In this document: positions 38,484-50,637 of the stretch, one piece after another | Layout: every line of letters starts with the position of its first letter | How positions within the stretch are numbered: the stretch's first letter is position 1 | The notes under the pieces: model-generated | Databases searched by the model: none | Told to the model about the DNA's origin: nothing | Seen by the model: only the letters and a program-made list of their open reading frames with translations | Made by a program: the position numbers and the translations under genes | Origin: Tubulanus polymorphus | Lineage: Eukaryota; Animalia; Nemertea | Direction: 5' to 3' | DNA: 64,000 nt | NCBI RefSeq assembly: GCF_964204645.1 | Contig: NC_134027.1 | Coordinates: forward strand, 27,743,849 to 27,807,848

Positions 38484-38892
38484 CCTCCCTCCCTCCCTCC
38501 CTCCCTCCCTCCCTCCCTCCCTCCGTCCCTCCTCTCTCTCCCCTCTCCTCTCTCCCTCCCTCTCCCCTACCTCTCTCTCTCTCCCCTACCTCTCTCTCCC
38601 CTCCCTCTCTCTCCCTTCCTCTCTCTCCCTCCCTCTCTCCCCTACCTCCCTCCCTCCCTCTCTCTCCTCTCTTTCTCTGTAACTGACCGATGTATTTATG
38701 GTGAAGGTGTCTCTGGTAGTGTTTGATTGAATTATGAATACAAGTGTCGTGTCTCACTCTTTCTGTATGTGTTCAATTTTCCATCATTTATCAACGTTTT
38801 TGCTTGGTTAAACATTGATAATGGTGAATTCCCTGATGTTAGTTCGTGTAAGCTCATTTCATCAGTTGATTTGTCGAGCAGCGCCTGTGATA

Positions 38893-38923
<31 letters not shown>

Positions 38924-38954
38924 ATCTAACATCACCTCACTCACTACAGTCTGA

Positions 38955-38991
<37 letters not shown>

Positions 38992-41900
38992 TAAAAGAAC
39001 AACGTGCAGTAGATATTTTATCATAATCTCCCCCTCCCTCTCTCTCTCCCTCCTGTATTCATCTTTAAAATGAAGGATACTTTTTAAAAGTTTTATGTTT
39101 CTAATAACTGTTATTTCATTCTGTTTATTTCATGGTGATGTCGATGGCGTTTTGAACATTAGGGGGTAAGTGTATTGATATAAAACACGTAGTGTCTCTA
39201 GAGTACCGCGTGTTAACACCAGTCTCTCATAATTGCTGCTATAAAACCTGACAGGTTTTTCACTAATCAGAAAAACTGACGTGAAATTGTGTTTTACATG
39301 AAACAGAAACCACAATTATATGAATTACTGACGACTCTCAGTGATCAGTGATTAGCTACTAATTGTAATAGTGTGAAAGCTGGTTTATATCATACCTCCC
39401 GACCTCCCTCCTCCCCCTCCCTCCTCCCTCCCCCCTGTCACATTTACTATTCTATTGTTCACATGAACTCATTTAGGTTTAGATGCGATATTTAGATGAT
39501 GTTTAGATTCAAATCGTTTAAGGGTCGGTTCTCAGCTTTTATCCGACTCAATTCAACGATGAAGACATAAGTTAAAGATTGATGATTAGCAGTTCTTACA
39601 TTACCTGAGGGAGGGATAATTCTGTAATAGGATGAGGAGATGTAGACATGGTCTGTGATCATGTTCATTTCATCCTTGTGTTAACACGATGCTCCCTAAT
39701 GGTTTAACTGACTCCCACTAGTGTGACAATCACTGAACTGTATCAATTCACAATCTATTTACAACTCACTTACTAGTTTATATATACCACTCCTACTCTC
39801 TACTCGATACAGCTACCGATACAGCGTAGAGTGGTACACCAGCGTGTACCGCTCTACACCGGTGTAGAGCGGTACACGCCAGTGTAGAGCGGTACACGCC
39901 AGTGTACAGCGGTACACGTTGGTGTAGAGCGGTACACGCCGGTGTAGAGTGGTACACGCCAGTGTACAGCGGTACATGCCGGTGTAGAGCGGTACACGCC
40001 GGTGTAGAGTGGTACACGCCGGTGTAGAGCGGTACACGCCGTTGTAGAGCGGTACACACCGGTGTAGAGCGGTACACACCGGTGTAGAGCGGTACACGCC
40101 GGTGTAGAGCGTAGAGCGGTACACGTTGGTGTAGAGCGGTACACGTTGGTGTAGAGCGGTACACGTTGGTGTAGAGCGGTACATGCCGGTGTAGAGCGGT
40201 ACACGCCGGTGTAGAGTGGTACATGCCGGTGTAGAGCGGTACACGTTGGTGTAGAGCGGTACACTGGTGTAGAGCGGTACATGTTGGTGTAGAGCGGTAC
40301 ACTGGTGTAGAGCGGTACACGTTGTAAACACGGTTGTTAGTAATCATGTTTGTGATGTGTGGTGATAATTTACACGTCTAAACTGTGAAATATCTCGAGA
40401 GGTTTTAATCGTGTATTCGTGCAGAAATCATTAGCCAGCCGTTGACAGGTCATTTAGTTTAACTTATCTATCACGTCACTAGAATGTGACATGTGATGCC
40501 CCCTAGACTCAGTTAGCATGTAATACATCACAGTGGTTATCTATGATACACTTCACCGCTCATGAGGAAAGTATTAACTCAACTAAACTGAGATGTAACG
40601 AGAGAGCTGTCTCGAGAGATCGACGCCAACTCGGCGCTCGGGTCTCTCGGGAAACCACGTCCATTCATCCTAAAAACCGAAATATAACAACGTTCTCTAT
40701 CGTTGCTGCTGTCGTCGTAGTTACATGTTTATCTATCTATTATTGTAGGGATATACTCCGTTACATTTAGCTGCTCAAGGAAATCATGAAGATATCATTG
40801 ATGTGTTAATTGGTGCTTATAGTAAGTACCGCTAATCAACATTTCAAATGCTACATTCATTTCTACAATTCTCTACTGATTTCAGCATCTCAGTTCTGGC
40901 TTGAGTTCCACAATACTGGGTCCAGTTCCACTGTTTTGTACTCAGTTCCACTGGTCTGGATTCAGTTCCACAGTACTTGGTCCAGTTCCACAGTTGTGTA
41001 CTCGGTTCCACAGTTCTGTACTCAGTTCCACAGTACTGTGCCCAGTTCCACAGTTCAGGACTCAGTTCCACAGTACTGTGCCTGATACCACAGTTCTGTG
41101 CCCGGTCCCACAGAAACTGGTGCCAAATTTGTGGAACTTGATCCAGTTCCACAGTTGTGGGTTAGAGTTAACTATGAGTTAACTCAGAGTTAAATCTTAA
41201 CTCGGAACTGTGGACCCTGGATCCGGTTCTGTGGGACTGGATCCAGTACTGAGTAATTGTGTAACTGGATGGTGTAACTGTGGAACTGTGTAACTGGCTG
41301 ATGTATAAATATTTATTGTATATATTTACAGAAGCTGATGTATCTATTCGTGATTATAGCGGTAAAAAGGCGAAACATTATTTACGAAACAGCGCTAGTG
41401 CTATCAGTAAGCATCGCTCTTATTCATTACATGATTTCATTCAATTTCAAAAACCAAGATTTCAAGAAAAACGTAGTTTAGAAATTAGACATTTATCTCT
41501 TCATGAAGGATTATGTAAATATTCATCTGAGGTTTAAATATTCTCAATAGGACCAGCACCGTTACTGGTTATAGACTCAAATATCGGGTGAGACAGTTCT
41601 CAATTACTGACTGCTTTATACCGCATCCTAAACAGACACTGTGCAGTAGGGACCCCCGGGCTGACTCCGGACTGACCCTCGGGCTGACTCCGGACTGACC
41701 CCCGGGGCTTATATGATATTTTATAATGATGTTTAAGATCTGATCGCTTTAATACTGCAGCTCAATTAAAGCTTATTCAAGGTTTTATTAGATGTTTATA
41801 TTTAGGTGGTTTTTACTGTTTTATTTTCTCAGAGTATTTCGAATATTTTATTAAACCGAGTTTTTGTCAAAGAATCTCAGAATTTCAACTAATCAAAAAC

Positions 41901-44900
41901 TGGCTTTATTTCTCACACGCGCAACGCACCTGCTTAATTAATTAATATTAACTTAAACCATTAACTTACATGTTTTAACATATAAACAACACATGTAAGG
42001 ACACATGTTTGAATAAGGATACATGTTTTAACACAAATCTTTTATGTAAGGGTATATAGTTTAACATGGATGCATATTAAACATGTTAGGCAAAATGTTT
42101 AGTAAAGATATGTCTTTTATTTACATAAGGATACAAATTTACATGTTTTTGCATGTTCAGGATACTTGTTTTATATAAGGATACATGTTTTAACATGTTG
42201 ATACGCATGTTTTGTTAAAGATACATGTTTCCATAATGTGGATACATGTTTTTAACATTTTAGGGATGTTTAAAATACGGATAAATGTTTTAACATGTTA
42301 GGACACATGTTTCCTATAAGGATACATATAAGGTGGTGGCACGTGGTATTTTATGGCCACCTGTTTCACCCCATCCACTTTAATTATTGTTCTTTTATTG
42401 GATGAATCAAATAGTTATTGATTGTTTAATGCACAACCTGTTCGCAATAAGAGATTATAAGAGAAAACACCAGTAAAAACATTGCATGTTCCGACATCGT
42501 AAATCAACTACTAGAAATCACTGAATCTGAATTTCATAACGAAGTATAAAAATAAGACAGGTCAAATAAGTACAAGTTTATATCAAGTTTATTAATTAAT
42601 CAAATTAATAACTTATTAATAATATGTAATAATTATCAAAAGTTGTAATGGATTTTATTGTAATACGTCGTAATAAATGGAAATAATGATTTCTTCATAA
42701 ACTATTTGATATAATGATTGAATGAATGGAGGATGAGTCTAACAGAGGATCTCTCGTCGTCAACGGAGATAGATATTCACGGTACTGTTTTCTGTTGTAT
42801 TATTATTGAATGTTTTGTGTGCACGAAAAAAACCTCTTTATTTCTCTTTGATTGAATTGGATTTTAATATAAAACACATTGTCCCGCGTCGCTCGGCTCG
42901 TTTCCATCGGTTACCAGCTAATTAACGATTATTAATTCCGATGTTTCTTTGTTCCAAACCGAGATCAAGTTTCATAGATTTTCTAATATAAACGTGAATT
43001 CTCTGATCACTTCCTCTCTATTAAGTTACTGTTTTGTAAATATGATAAATACAACAATCGCGACCAGTGAGTTTGAAAACATCATTTCCCGTCTGTCGTG
43101 TATGAGATTCTGTATCCGTGACGATGACGTCTACTGTCTCTTTGTTCAGCGGTGATTGTTGACTAATCGAGTCCCGCTTTGCGCTCGGTAACTGGCTCGG
43201 TGATTCTGTGATAGGGTAGGCTCTGTCTGTCCACTGCTGCATGTTTCCTCCACCGACACTTACTCTGGCTAGTGAGGTTATTCAGAAGCATTTATAAAAG
43301 ATCTTTATATATTTATAATTGCATGGTTTTGGTTTTTGTAATTTTTTTATGATTAGAAAATAGAAAGATGGAAATATATAATACAGTAAAATCCTATAAT
43401 ATGAAATGATAGATAAAGTCTGAGAAGTTTTCCTCGAGTTTGATTTCGACTAAATTCTTAAAGTCATCTTCAGGAATATTGAATACTAATTTTACTGTAT
43501 TATCTTTGGACATAGATTCACAGTGTTTCATCAAGATCTCTATGTATGTAATGTTACAGGGTTATCTGAAATGTCTCTGGTTACACACAGTTATACCAGG
43601 ATAACCTATAGTTATTCTGGGGTAACTGTGTGTACCCAGGCAGGGCAGGGCAGGGCGGGATGAGGCCGGGCAGGGCGGGATGAGGCCAACAGGGCGGGTT
43701 GAGGCCGGGCAGGGCGGGATGAGGCCGGGCAGGGCGGGATGAGGCCGACAGGGCGAGTTGAGGCCGGGCAGGGCGGGATGAGGCCAACAGGGCGGGTTGA
43801 GGCCGGGCAGGGCGGGATGAGGCCGGGCAGGGCGGGTTGAGGCCGGGCAGGGCGGGATGAGGCCGGGCAGGGCGGGATGAGGCCGACAGGGCGAGTTGAG
43901 GCCGGGCAGGGCGGGATGAGGCCAACAGGGCGGGTTGAGGCCGGGCAGGGCGGGATGAGGCCGGGCAGGGTGAGTTGAGGTCAGGCAGGGCGGGATGAGA
44001 CCGGGCAGGGCGGGTTGAGGCCGGGCAGGGCGGGATGAGGCCGGGCAAAGTGGGGTGTTGAAGGTAAAGTAAAACAATAATCAGTGATGTTATAAATGTA
44101 GTAAGCACGTTCTGTTGTTAGTTATTTATAAAGAGTTGTTTATTGATTGTTTGAAACTGTTTTTATTGTAGAATTATTCAATATAGAAGAAGAGAAGAAA
44201 GTTTTATTAGGTAAATATTCCATCCCTAGAATCTAGATTTACATTTCAGTCAACTTAATCAATATTTTCTATATTTATTTGTAATGTAATTGCAGATAAA
44301 GAAGTTAAAGAAGCCGTAAAAAATGTCGGTGATCCAAAATATCAGAATATAACATCATTATTGGGATCTCAGGGCAGCAATATCAGAGCAAGTTTCAGAG
44401 CTTATCGCACTCAGATACATAACAGAAGAAACAGCAACAACAGCCCAACTTTATCACCTAAACTTAAAAAGGTAAATTATTTACAGCATATATTCTGTCT
44501 GTTCACCCTTCACTGTACCTACCACTCTGTTCACCCCATCTGACTGTTCACCCCACCCTACTCTGCAATCTAAATGTTCCCCTCCCTCTAGCTGTTCACC
44601 CCCTCCCTGTTCACCCCCTCCCTCTAGCTGTTCAGCCCCCCATCTAACTGTTCACCCCAACCCTACTCTGTTAATCCTGCACTCAAATGTTCCCCCACCT
44701 CTAACTGTTCACCCCCTCCCCCCTAACTGTTCACTCTCTGAACGTGTCACTAGTTGTAATTACATGTATAATGTCAATAGATTAATGAAGTTCTCTGATT
44801 ACATCTGAACGTGTTAATATCAATAGAAATCACCATTCAGCCACTCTTACCACTCATTCACCACTCATTCACCCACTCGGCCGGTCGGCCGTTCGGGTAT

Positions 44901-46829
44901 AAAATCATTCTGCGTAATAGAAACGCTTGAATAAATTTGTAACTAGTATTTAATAACGAGTGGTCGCGGTGTTTATAGTTAGACGAGTGATTTACAGCTG
45001 CACCAGTATTGAGGTGATTCTAATTAAATCACCACCGATCACCTATCCATCATTGTTAACTGTACACAAAACACGATCAGTAGCGGTCAGATTCAAACAG
45101 GAAATTATCGCTGCAACACAAACCTGTATTAACTATCATTAAAATTAATCATTCAATATCAATATTATATTAGATACTACGTGTAAACCGTGTAGCAGCA
45201 GCAGCCACGTAGTTTGTATAAAACTAATAAACCTTAGTCTCTCTCTCTCTCTCCTTCCACTCACCCCCTGCTACTCTCCGTACCACCAACTCACCACAAC
45301 TCATACCTTTGTGAAAAGATTTTTTGTGACACTATGAAATACATAAGATCCAACTGGGATATCACTGACTTGAGCAGAGTTTATACTGTACTTTCTACTC
45401 ACCCTCCAGACTCTCACCTTCAGACTCACACCTCCAGACTCTCACCTCCAGACTCTCACCTCCAGACTCTCACCTCCAGACTCACACCTCCAGACTCTCA
45501 CCTCCAGACTCTCACCTCCAGACTCTCACCTCCAGGCCTCCACCTCCAGACTGCCACCTCCAGACTCTCACCTCCAGACTGCCACCTCCAGACTCTCACC
45601 TCCAGGCCTCCACCTCCAGACTCCCACCTCCAGACTGCCACCTCCAGACTGCCACCTCCAGACTGCCACCTCCAGACTGCCACCTCCAGACTGCCACCTC
45701 CAGACTCTCACCTCCAGACTGCCACCTCCAGACTCTCACCTCCAGACTCTCACCTCCAGACTGCCACCTCCAGACTCTCACCTCCAGACTCTCACCTCCA
45801 GACTGCCACCTCCAGACTCTCACCTCCAGACTGCCACCTCCAGACTCTCACCTCCAGACTCTCACCTCCAGACTGCCACCTCCAGACTGCCACCTCCAGA
45901 CTGCCACCTCCAGACTGCCACCTCCAGACTCTCACCTCCAGACTCTCACCTCCAGACTGCCACCTCCAGACTCTCACCTCCAGACTGCCACCTCCAGACT
46001 CTCACCTCCAGACTCTCACCTCCAGACTGCCACCTCCAGACTCTCACCTCCAGACTCTCACCTCCAGACTGCCACCTCCAGACTCTCACCTCCAGACTGC
46101 CACCTCCAGACTGCCACCTCCAGACTGCCACCTCCAGACTGCCACCTCCAGACTCTCACCTCCAGACTCTCACCTCCAGACTGCCACCTCCAGACTCTCA
46201 CCTCCAGACTGCCACCTCCAGACTCTCACCTCCAGACTCTCACCTCCAGACTGCCACCTCCAGACTCTCACCTCCAGACTCTCACCTCCAGACTGCCACC
46301 TCCAGACTCTCACCTCCAGACTCTCACCTCCAGACTGCCACCTCCAGACTCTCACCTCCAGACTGCCACCTCCAGACTCTCACCTCCAGACTCTCACCTC
46401 CAGACTGCCACCTCCAGACTCGCCTCCAGGCCCCCACCTCCTAACTCCCACCCCACCTCCTAACTCCCACCCCACCTCCTAACTCCCACCCCACCTCCTT
46501 ACTCCCACCCCACCTCCTAACTCCCACCCCACCTCCAGGCTTCTACCCCACCTCCAGGCTTCCACCCTGACCTCTATTTATTATTATATTTTTGCTTTGT
46601 ATACAGTGTAAAGAACCCGGTTCGAGTTCAGAAACTGGAAAAAAACGTAAAGACAGCAAAAAAGGAAAAGAAATGTTTGGATTCGGGTAAAATATATCTA
46701 TTATTATCTCTATTTCAATCTGTGGACTGCATGCACAATACAATGAAATTCATTTATACTTTCAGGGTGCCGACAACATCGAGAGTAAAATCAGAATCTG
46801 ATATGAATAAAAAAAGCTTCTTTATTTAG
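31084..46829 (+). CDS. sowah: Sowondowah ankyrin-repeat protein (SOWAH family)
   Basis: Exons 31084-31201, 32250-32308, 32441-32725, 33040-33168, 33456-33491, 33577-33678, microexons 35352-35363, 36284-36286, 36884-36886, then 37027-37116, microexons 38366-38368, 39163-39165, then 40749-40821, 41332-41406, 44172-44210, 44296-44471, 46607-46686, 46765-46829, all phase-compatible. The N-terminus LESVREFLVSNDGKVKNKDMVKHFK..RQKFKEFINELA and the ankyrin block TPLHWACKHG..NVKSHGGYTPLHLAAQ..ADVSIRDYSGKKAKHYL are characteristic of SOWAH. Confidence 0.92.
31316..31744 (-). other. Coding-like foreign fragment with ~105-bp direct repeats (322-bp period) in Sowah intron 1
   Basis: Repeat starts at 31316 and 31638. 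The minus strand translates as non-repetitive YLIVGGKLSIIGQAYTNVWLAKISDRETKPQTGYFYPFTDNGRELRVLAGFRHIQPKEGTALFDMIEDVEETIISTPL*. Confidence 0.5.
34488..34756. repeat. G-rich tandem repeat (ACACGTGGTGT.TATGTGTGTTTATAGGGG..)
   Basis: About 4 units with variable G/A tracts. Confidence 0.85.
35352..35363 (+). CDS. sowah: Sowah 12-nt microexon (DLTS)
   Basis: TTTTAAAG|GACTTGACTTCT|GTAAGT; supplies the D-x-T-S of the ankyrin linker. Confidence 0.8.
35685..36226. repeat. ~20-bp degenerate minisatellite (CAGACTGACCACTGGTCTCA)
   Basis: Direct observation. Confidence 0.9.
36284..36286 (+). CDS. sowah: Sowah 3-nt microexon (GCT, Ala)
   Basis: GATACCAG|GCT|GTAAGT; falls at the position that is usually Gly in homologues. 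Confidence 0.6.
36884..36886 (+). CDS. sowah: Sowah 3-nt microexon (TAT, Tyr)
   Basis: TTGCATTAATAG|TAT|GTAAGT; gives Y-TPLHW. Confidence 0.72.
38366..38368 (+). CDS. sowah: Sowah 3-nt microexon (CAT, His)
   Basis: CCGTACAG|CAT|GTAAGT; gives KS-H. Confidence 0.8.
38428..38678. repeat. Polypyrimidine (CT/CCCT)n tract
   Basis: Direct observation. Confidence 0.95.
39163..39165 (+). CDS. sowah: Sowah 3-nt microexon (GGG, Gly)
   Basis: GAACATTAG|GGG|GTAAGT; gives SH-G-GYTPLHLAA. Confidence 0.8.
39825..40326. repeat. 20-bp minisatellite (GGTGTAGAGCGGTACACGCC), ~24 copies
   Basis: Direct observation. Confidence 0.95.
40890..41292. mobile_element. MITE of the GGATCCAGTTCCACAGTT family plus tandem amplification of its terminus
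   Basis: Inverted termini ATCCAGTTCCACAGTT (41141) and AACTGTGGACCCTGGATCC (~41206-41224). Relatives at ~11635-11750, 13142, 21890-22018, 29135-29198 and 61264-61382. Confidence 0.7.
41960..42330. repeat. Degenerate repeat rich in ACATGT (GGATACATGTTTTAACATG)
   Basis: Roughly a dozen ACATGT hexamers by eye. Confidence 0.7.
43637..44048. repeat. 20-bp GC-rich minisatellite (GAGGCCGGGCAGGGCGGGAT)
   Basis: Direct observation. Confidence 0.95.
45399..46562. repeat. 14-bp minisatellite with two variants (CACCTCCAGACTCT / CACCTCCAGACTGC), ~70 copies, grading into a 19-bp C-rich repeat
   Basis: Direct observation; lies in a Sowah intron and explains the 382-aa ORF. Confidence 0.95.
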
Positions 46830-48621
46830 AATCTATCTATAGGCTATATAGTGTATCTATCTATATACATTGTATTATGTATTATCTGCCTATTGTATTG
46901 AATTATATTGTATTTGAATTTTATTTAGTTTTATGTCAAACATATTTAAAACTGTACCAATAATTAACTGAACTAGGTTCTAGTACGCATAGAACACGTG
47001 TTTAAATGTTCTCAGTAAAATATGTTACATTATTTATACGTTTATCTGAATTCTGAAGCATCAAAAACTTTCTCCTAATTCTATTCTATAATCGACATAT
47101 GTTTTCGTGATTTATACAAATTGTACAGATTTTCCTACATCTGTTGGTGGCTTCATTGTTTCCGAAACAAAACACATCAAACTAATAAAAATTTATCATC
47201 ATCAGAACTGATTTTTTTCTGGAATAATAGCGTTGTTTATAGTAGATCGTTTTTTTTTTTTGAATAACAAATCCGTTTTCTGATTTTGTATTTATTCTGA
47301 CAATAAATATCTCTCATCTAAATATCTACGAGTTTTTGTGTCATCGGTTCTAGCCCTGGTAAGCGAGGTGGACAATCATTCGAGCGTTGAATAATCGAAA
47401 GCTACTGCTGCAGGCGAGGATTGTTAACACCGAAGTTGATAAGATTTAAATGCGGACAATAACCCGTAATCGAGACCGATTTAACGAAGATTTTCCCGTG
47501 AATTAATGATTATTTTAGATGAAGTAAATGTAAACATGCGATGATAATGATGTAAGAACAGAGTGTAATCGTCGCGTGTCGGTTTCACTTCATCGATCAA
47601 GCAACAAAAACCTCCTCGATCTGAGATCAGACTCAACAGTGAAATTAACCAATCAGTTTTTATTGTTTATCGTAAAGAAGTGACCGTATACAACAGGGTT
47701 CCTGGGTGTAAGTGTGATCGGGTACCCGAGGGCTCCTGGAGAGGCGGGTGGCTCCAATGAATTAAGGACCTCCTGGGTATATAGGCGAGTGGCTCCCATG
47801 AGTCGAGGACCTCCTGGGTAGGCGGGTTGCTCCGTTGAGTCATGAATATCCTGAGTATGCGGGTGGTTCCCAGTCAAGGCCTGCTGGTTAGACGACGGGA
47901 GGACGGCTCCTATAAGTTGAGGGCCTGCTGGGTAGGTGGTGTGTCGGTAGAGCCGGGCTGATACAACCAGTTGATGCTCGCGTCAAGCTTTCCGTAAGCG
48001 GTTAAACTAACTGAAATTGAAGGTCACAGCTGACGGCCAATATGACGTCACAGTATGATCGCGTGCAGTAAAACTATTCAATATTGGACACAAAATTGAT
48101 TCCTAAAACAGAAACTGACAGAAATTTGACTGTTTCCGGTTGGTTATTTGTTTATAACCGGAAGTGAACGGACAGAGAGAAGTTGATGTATTTCCGGTGG
48201 GTACAGTAGCTACACGAGATAGCCATCAATCAGAGACCAGAGACAAACACGAGATCAACCGGGCATCAATCAGCGATCAGAGACAAACACGAGATCAACC
48301 GGGCATCAATCAGTTTTCCATCTCTCTATCTTTACAGCGTGTCACGCTATTGTGTGTTAGCACGTGACCAGGAAATGACCAATCATAGGGTTAACTAGGT
48401 GTGCTTCATTCCCTCACTTCCCCTCACTTCCCCTCACCCCGACCATTTCAATCATTTATTTATCATTTATAAAACAAATAAAACTATCACGATATACCTG
48501 TCAAACCTCGCAAACCAGGGTCTACTTCAAGAAGCAGTCATCACTTTGTATCGGACAGAGTATAATACGAATACATTATACAGACAACAACAAGTCCAAC
48601 GGAGATTCAAACTCATCACGC

Positions 48622-48975
48622 CCAGTCTAAACTCATTACTGGTTCTATAACCAATCTTACAACTTAAGACCAGTCTAAACTCATTACTGGTTCTATAACC
48701 AATCTAACATCTTAAGACCAGTCTAAACTCATTACTGGTTCTATAACCATTCTAACAATTTGAGACCAGTCTAAACTCATTTTGGTTCTATAACCAATCT
48801 AACAACTTGAGACCAGTCTAAGCTCATTACTGGTTCTATAAACAATCTAACAACTTAAGACCAGTCTAAACCCATTTTGGTTCTATAACCAATCTAACAA
48901 CTTAAGACCAGTCTAAACTCATTTAGGTTCTTAAACACAATTTGAGACCAGTCTAAACTCATTTTGCTTCTATGG
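48622..48975. repeat. ~46-48-bp tandem repeat related to the interior of the 12230 MITE
   Basis: TTCTATAACCAATCTAACAACTTGAGACCAGTCT is the reverse complement of 12273-12307 with 1 mismatch. Confidence 0.85.
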
Positions 48976-49416
48976 TAAATCTAAAATATCTAAGATAAAT
49001 TTTGGACTGAGTCACGCCTGGTGAAACTGGTTTATGCCGCTGCTGCCGCTGCTGCTGCTGCAGCTGCCGCTACCGCTGCTGCTGCGACATGTTGTGCGTG
49101 TGTCGATGTACCTTTCAGTGAAAGTGGAATGTGAGGAGACCTGGGGCTGAATAATGAAAGACGTTTATTCAGTTGCAGCGTAAATGAAAATGAAACAGCG
49201 ATAAGTGATCTTTCCAGTTGACTGAACACGACACAGACGACAGTTTTATTGACAGCTCATTCAAATGAGTTAACCGTTAACGGTTGTTTTCTGTTTGAAT
49301 TACAAATGTTTCGCGATGTATCCCACTGGCTTTAACAACACGATACGCGTTGAATAAAAATTCAATTTATAATCCGAGCAAAAACAGAAATACCACAAAC
49401 CGCCATAGACCACTTC

Positions 49417-49420
<4 letters not shown>

Positions 49421-49480
<60 letters not shown>
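49421..49480. repeat. (CTG)~20 microsatellite
   Basis: Direct observation. Other CTG/CAG runs at 22729, 25059, 35292, 38895, 38958, 49036 and 51739. Confidence 0.95.
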
Positions 49481-49483
<3 letters not shown>

Positions 49484-50637
49484 TCAACCATATGGTTACA
49501 AAACAATAAAATCACGGATTCGAACCCGAACTTGAGAACACTCGTCACAAACTCTTCAAATTCAATATAATAATATAAGTGATAGTTGAGTTTTATTCGC
49601 TGTGTATTTGAGTTCTATAGGTAGGAGTAAAAGGCTGCACTTCATAAAACAATATCTAAAATAAACTATGTTTATAAAGGGTTAGGGTAATGTCATAGGT
49701 CCGCCTCAGCAACCATACTTCACTGGCTTCTGTTAAACATAATGTTTACAATTCAAACTCGTGTTTCATAAATTCATTGTTTGAAATTATAGAGATGAGA
49801 TTTGTATATGAAATATAAAACCAGGCGGCGCGGTGTAGGCCACGACTCGGAGCCGTCCGCGGTGAGTACCATTAAACAATAGATAATTGCAAATATTCGA
49901 TACAAAAAAAATCTGCGCATCTCAAAAAAAGACAATGGACATCATGCCTGACAACCAGTGCAATAGTGATCAAATAGCTACTCCAGTATCTACTCCAGTG
50001 TAGCTACTCCGGGACCTATAACAACAACGATATCCTCAATGAGTATCATTTTACTATTTATAAACCAACATCTGACTCGCACACGGTGTCGCGCACACGG
50101 TGTCGCGCACACGGTGCCGCGTAGACAGGGAAAAAGCAATGTTCTTTATTTCCATTTCCATGGGCCTTTGACTTTGACAGAGAAGCGATTAAGGTTTGTT
50201 TCGAAAGGTTCGGGGTATAAATGTTTTTTTGTATCTTGTATTATGGTGACTTAAATAACTTAAAGAAATGTCTGAAGATGTCTGGCAATTCATTGTTAAC
50301 ATATTGTTAGTTGAATTGAGAGATTTGGAGATAATTTATATCATTCAATTTCAAAATGTTTGCATCTTTAAATAAGGGTTAAGTAGGGGCAACATAGTCA
50401 GTTTTATGAGTTACACGCACTGTTTTCTTTTGTAAGATTTCTAAACGTTTTAAGGTGGATTGGTGAAGAACCCCGAACGATATTACAATAACTAAGGTGA
50501 CAGTAAATGAAAGAGTTATACAATTTAAGAAGGGTTGTTTTGGTCAACAATTGATTTAATTCGCCAATGATGTCAATTTTATGTGTTTTTAAGAAACGAT
50601 ATTGATGAGTTCGGTGAGGTCGTCACTGCGAAGTGAA

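Noticed and set aside
39793-44108. ORFs 39793-40347 and 43562-44108
   Set aside because: Translations of 20-bp minisatellites within Sowah introns.
45334-46482. 382-aa ORF
   Set aside because: Translation of a stop-free 14-bp intronic minisatellite.
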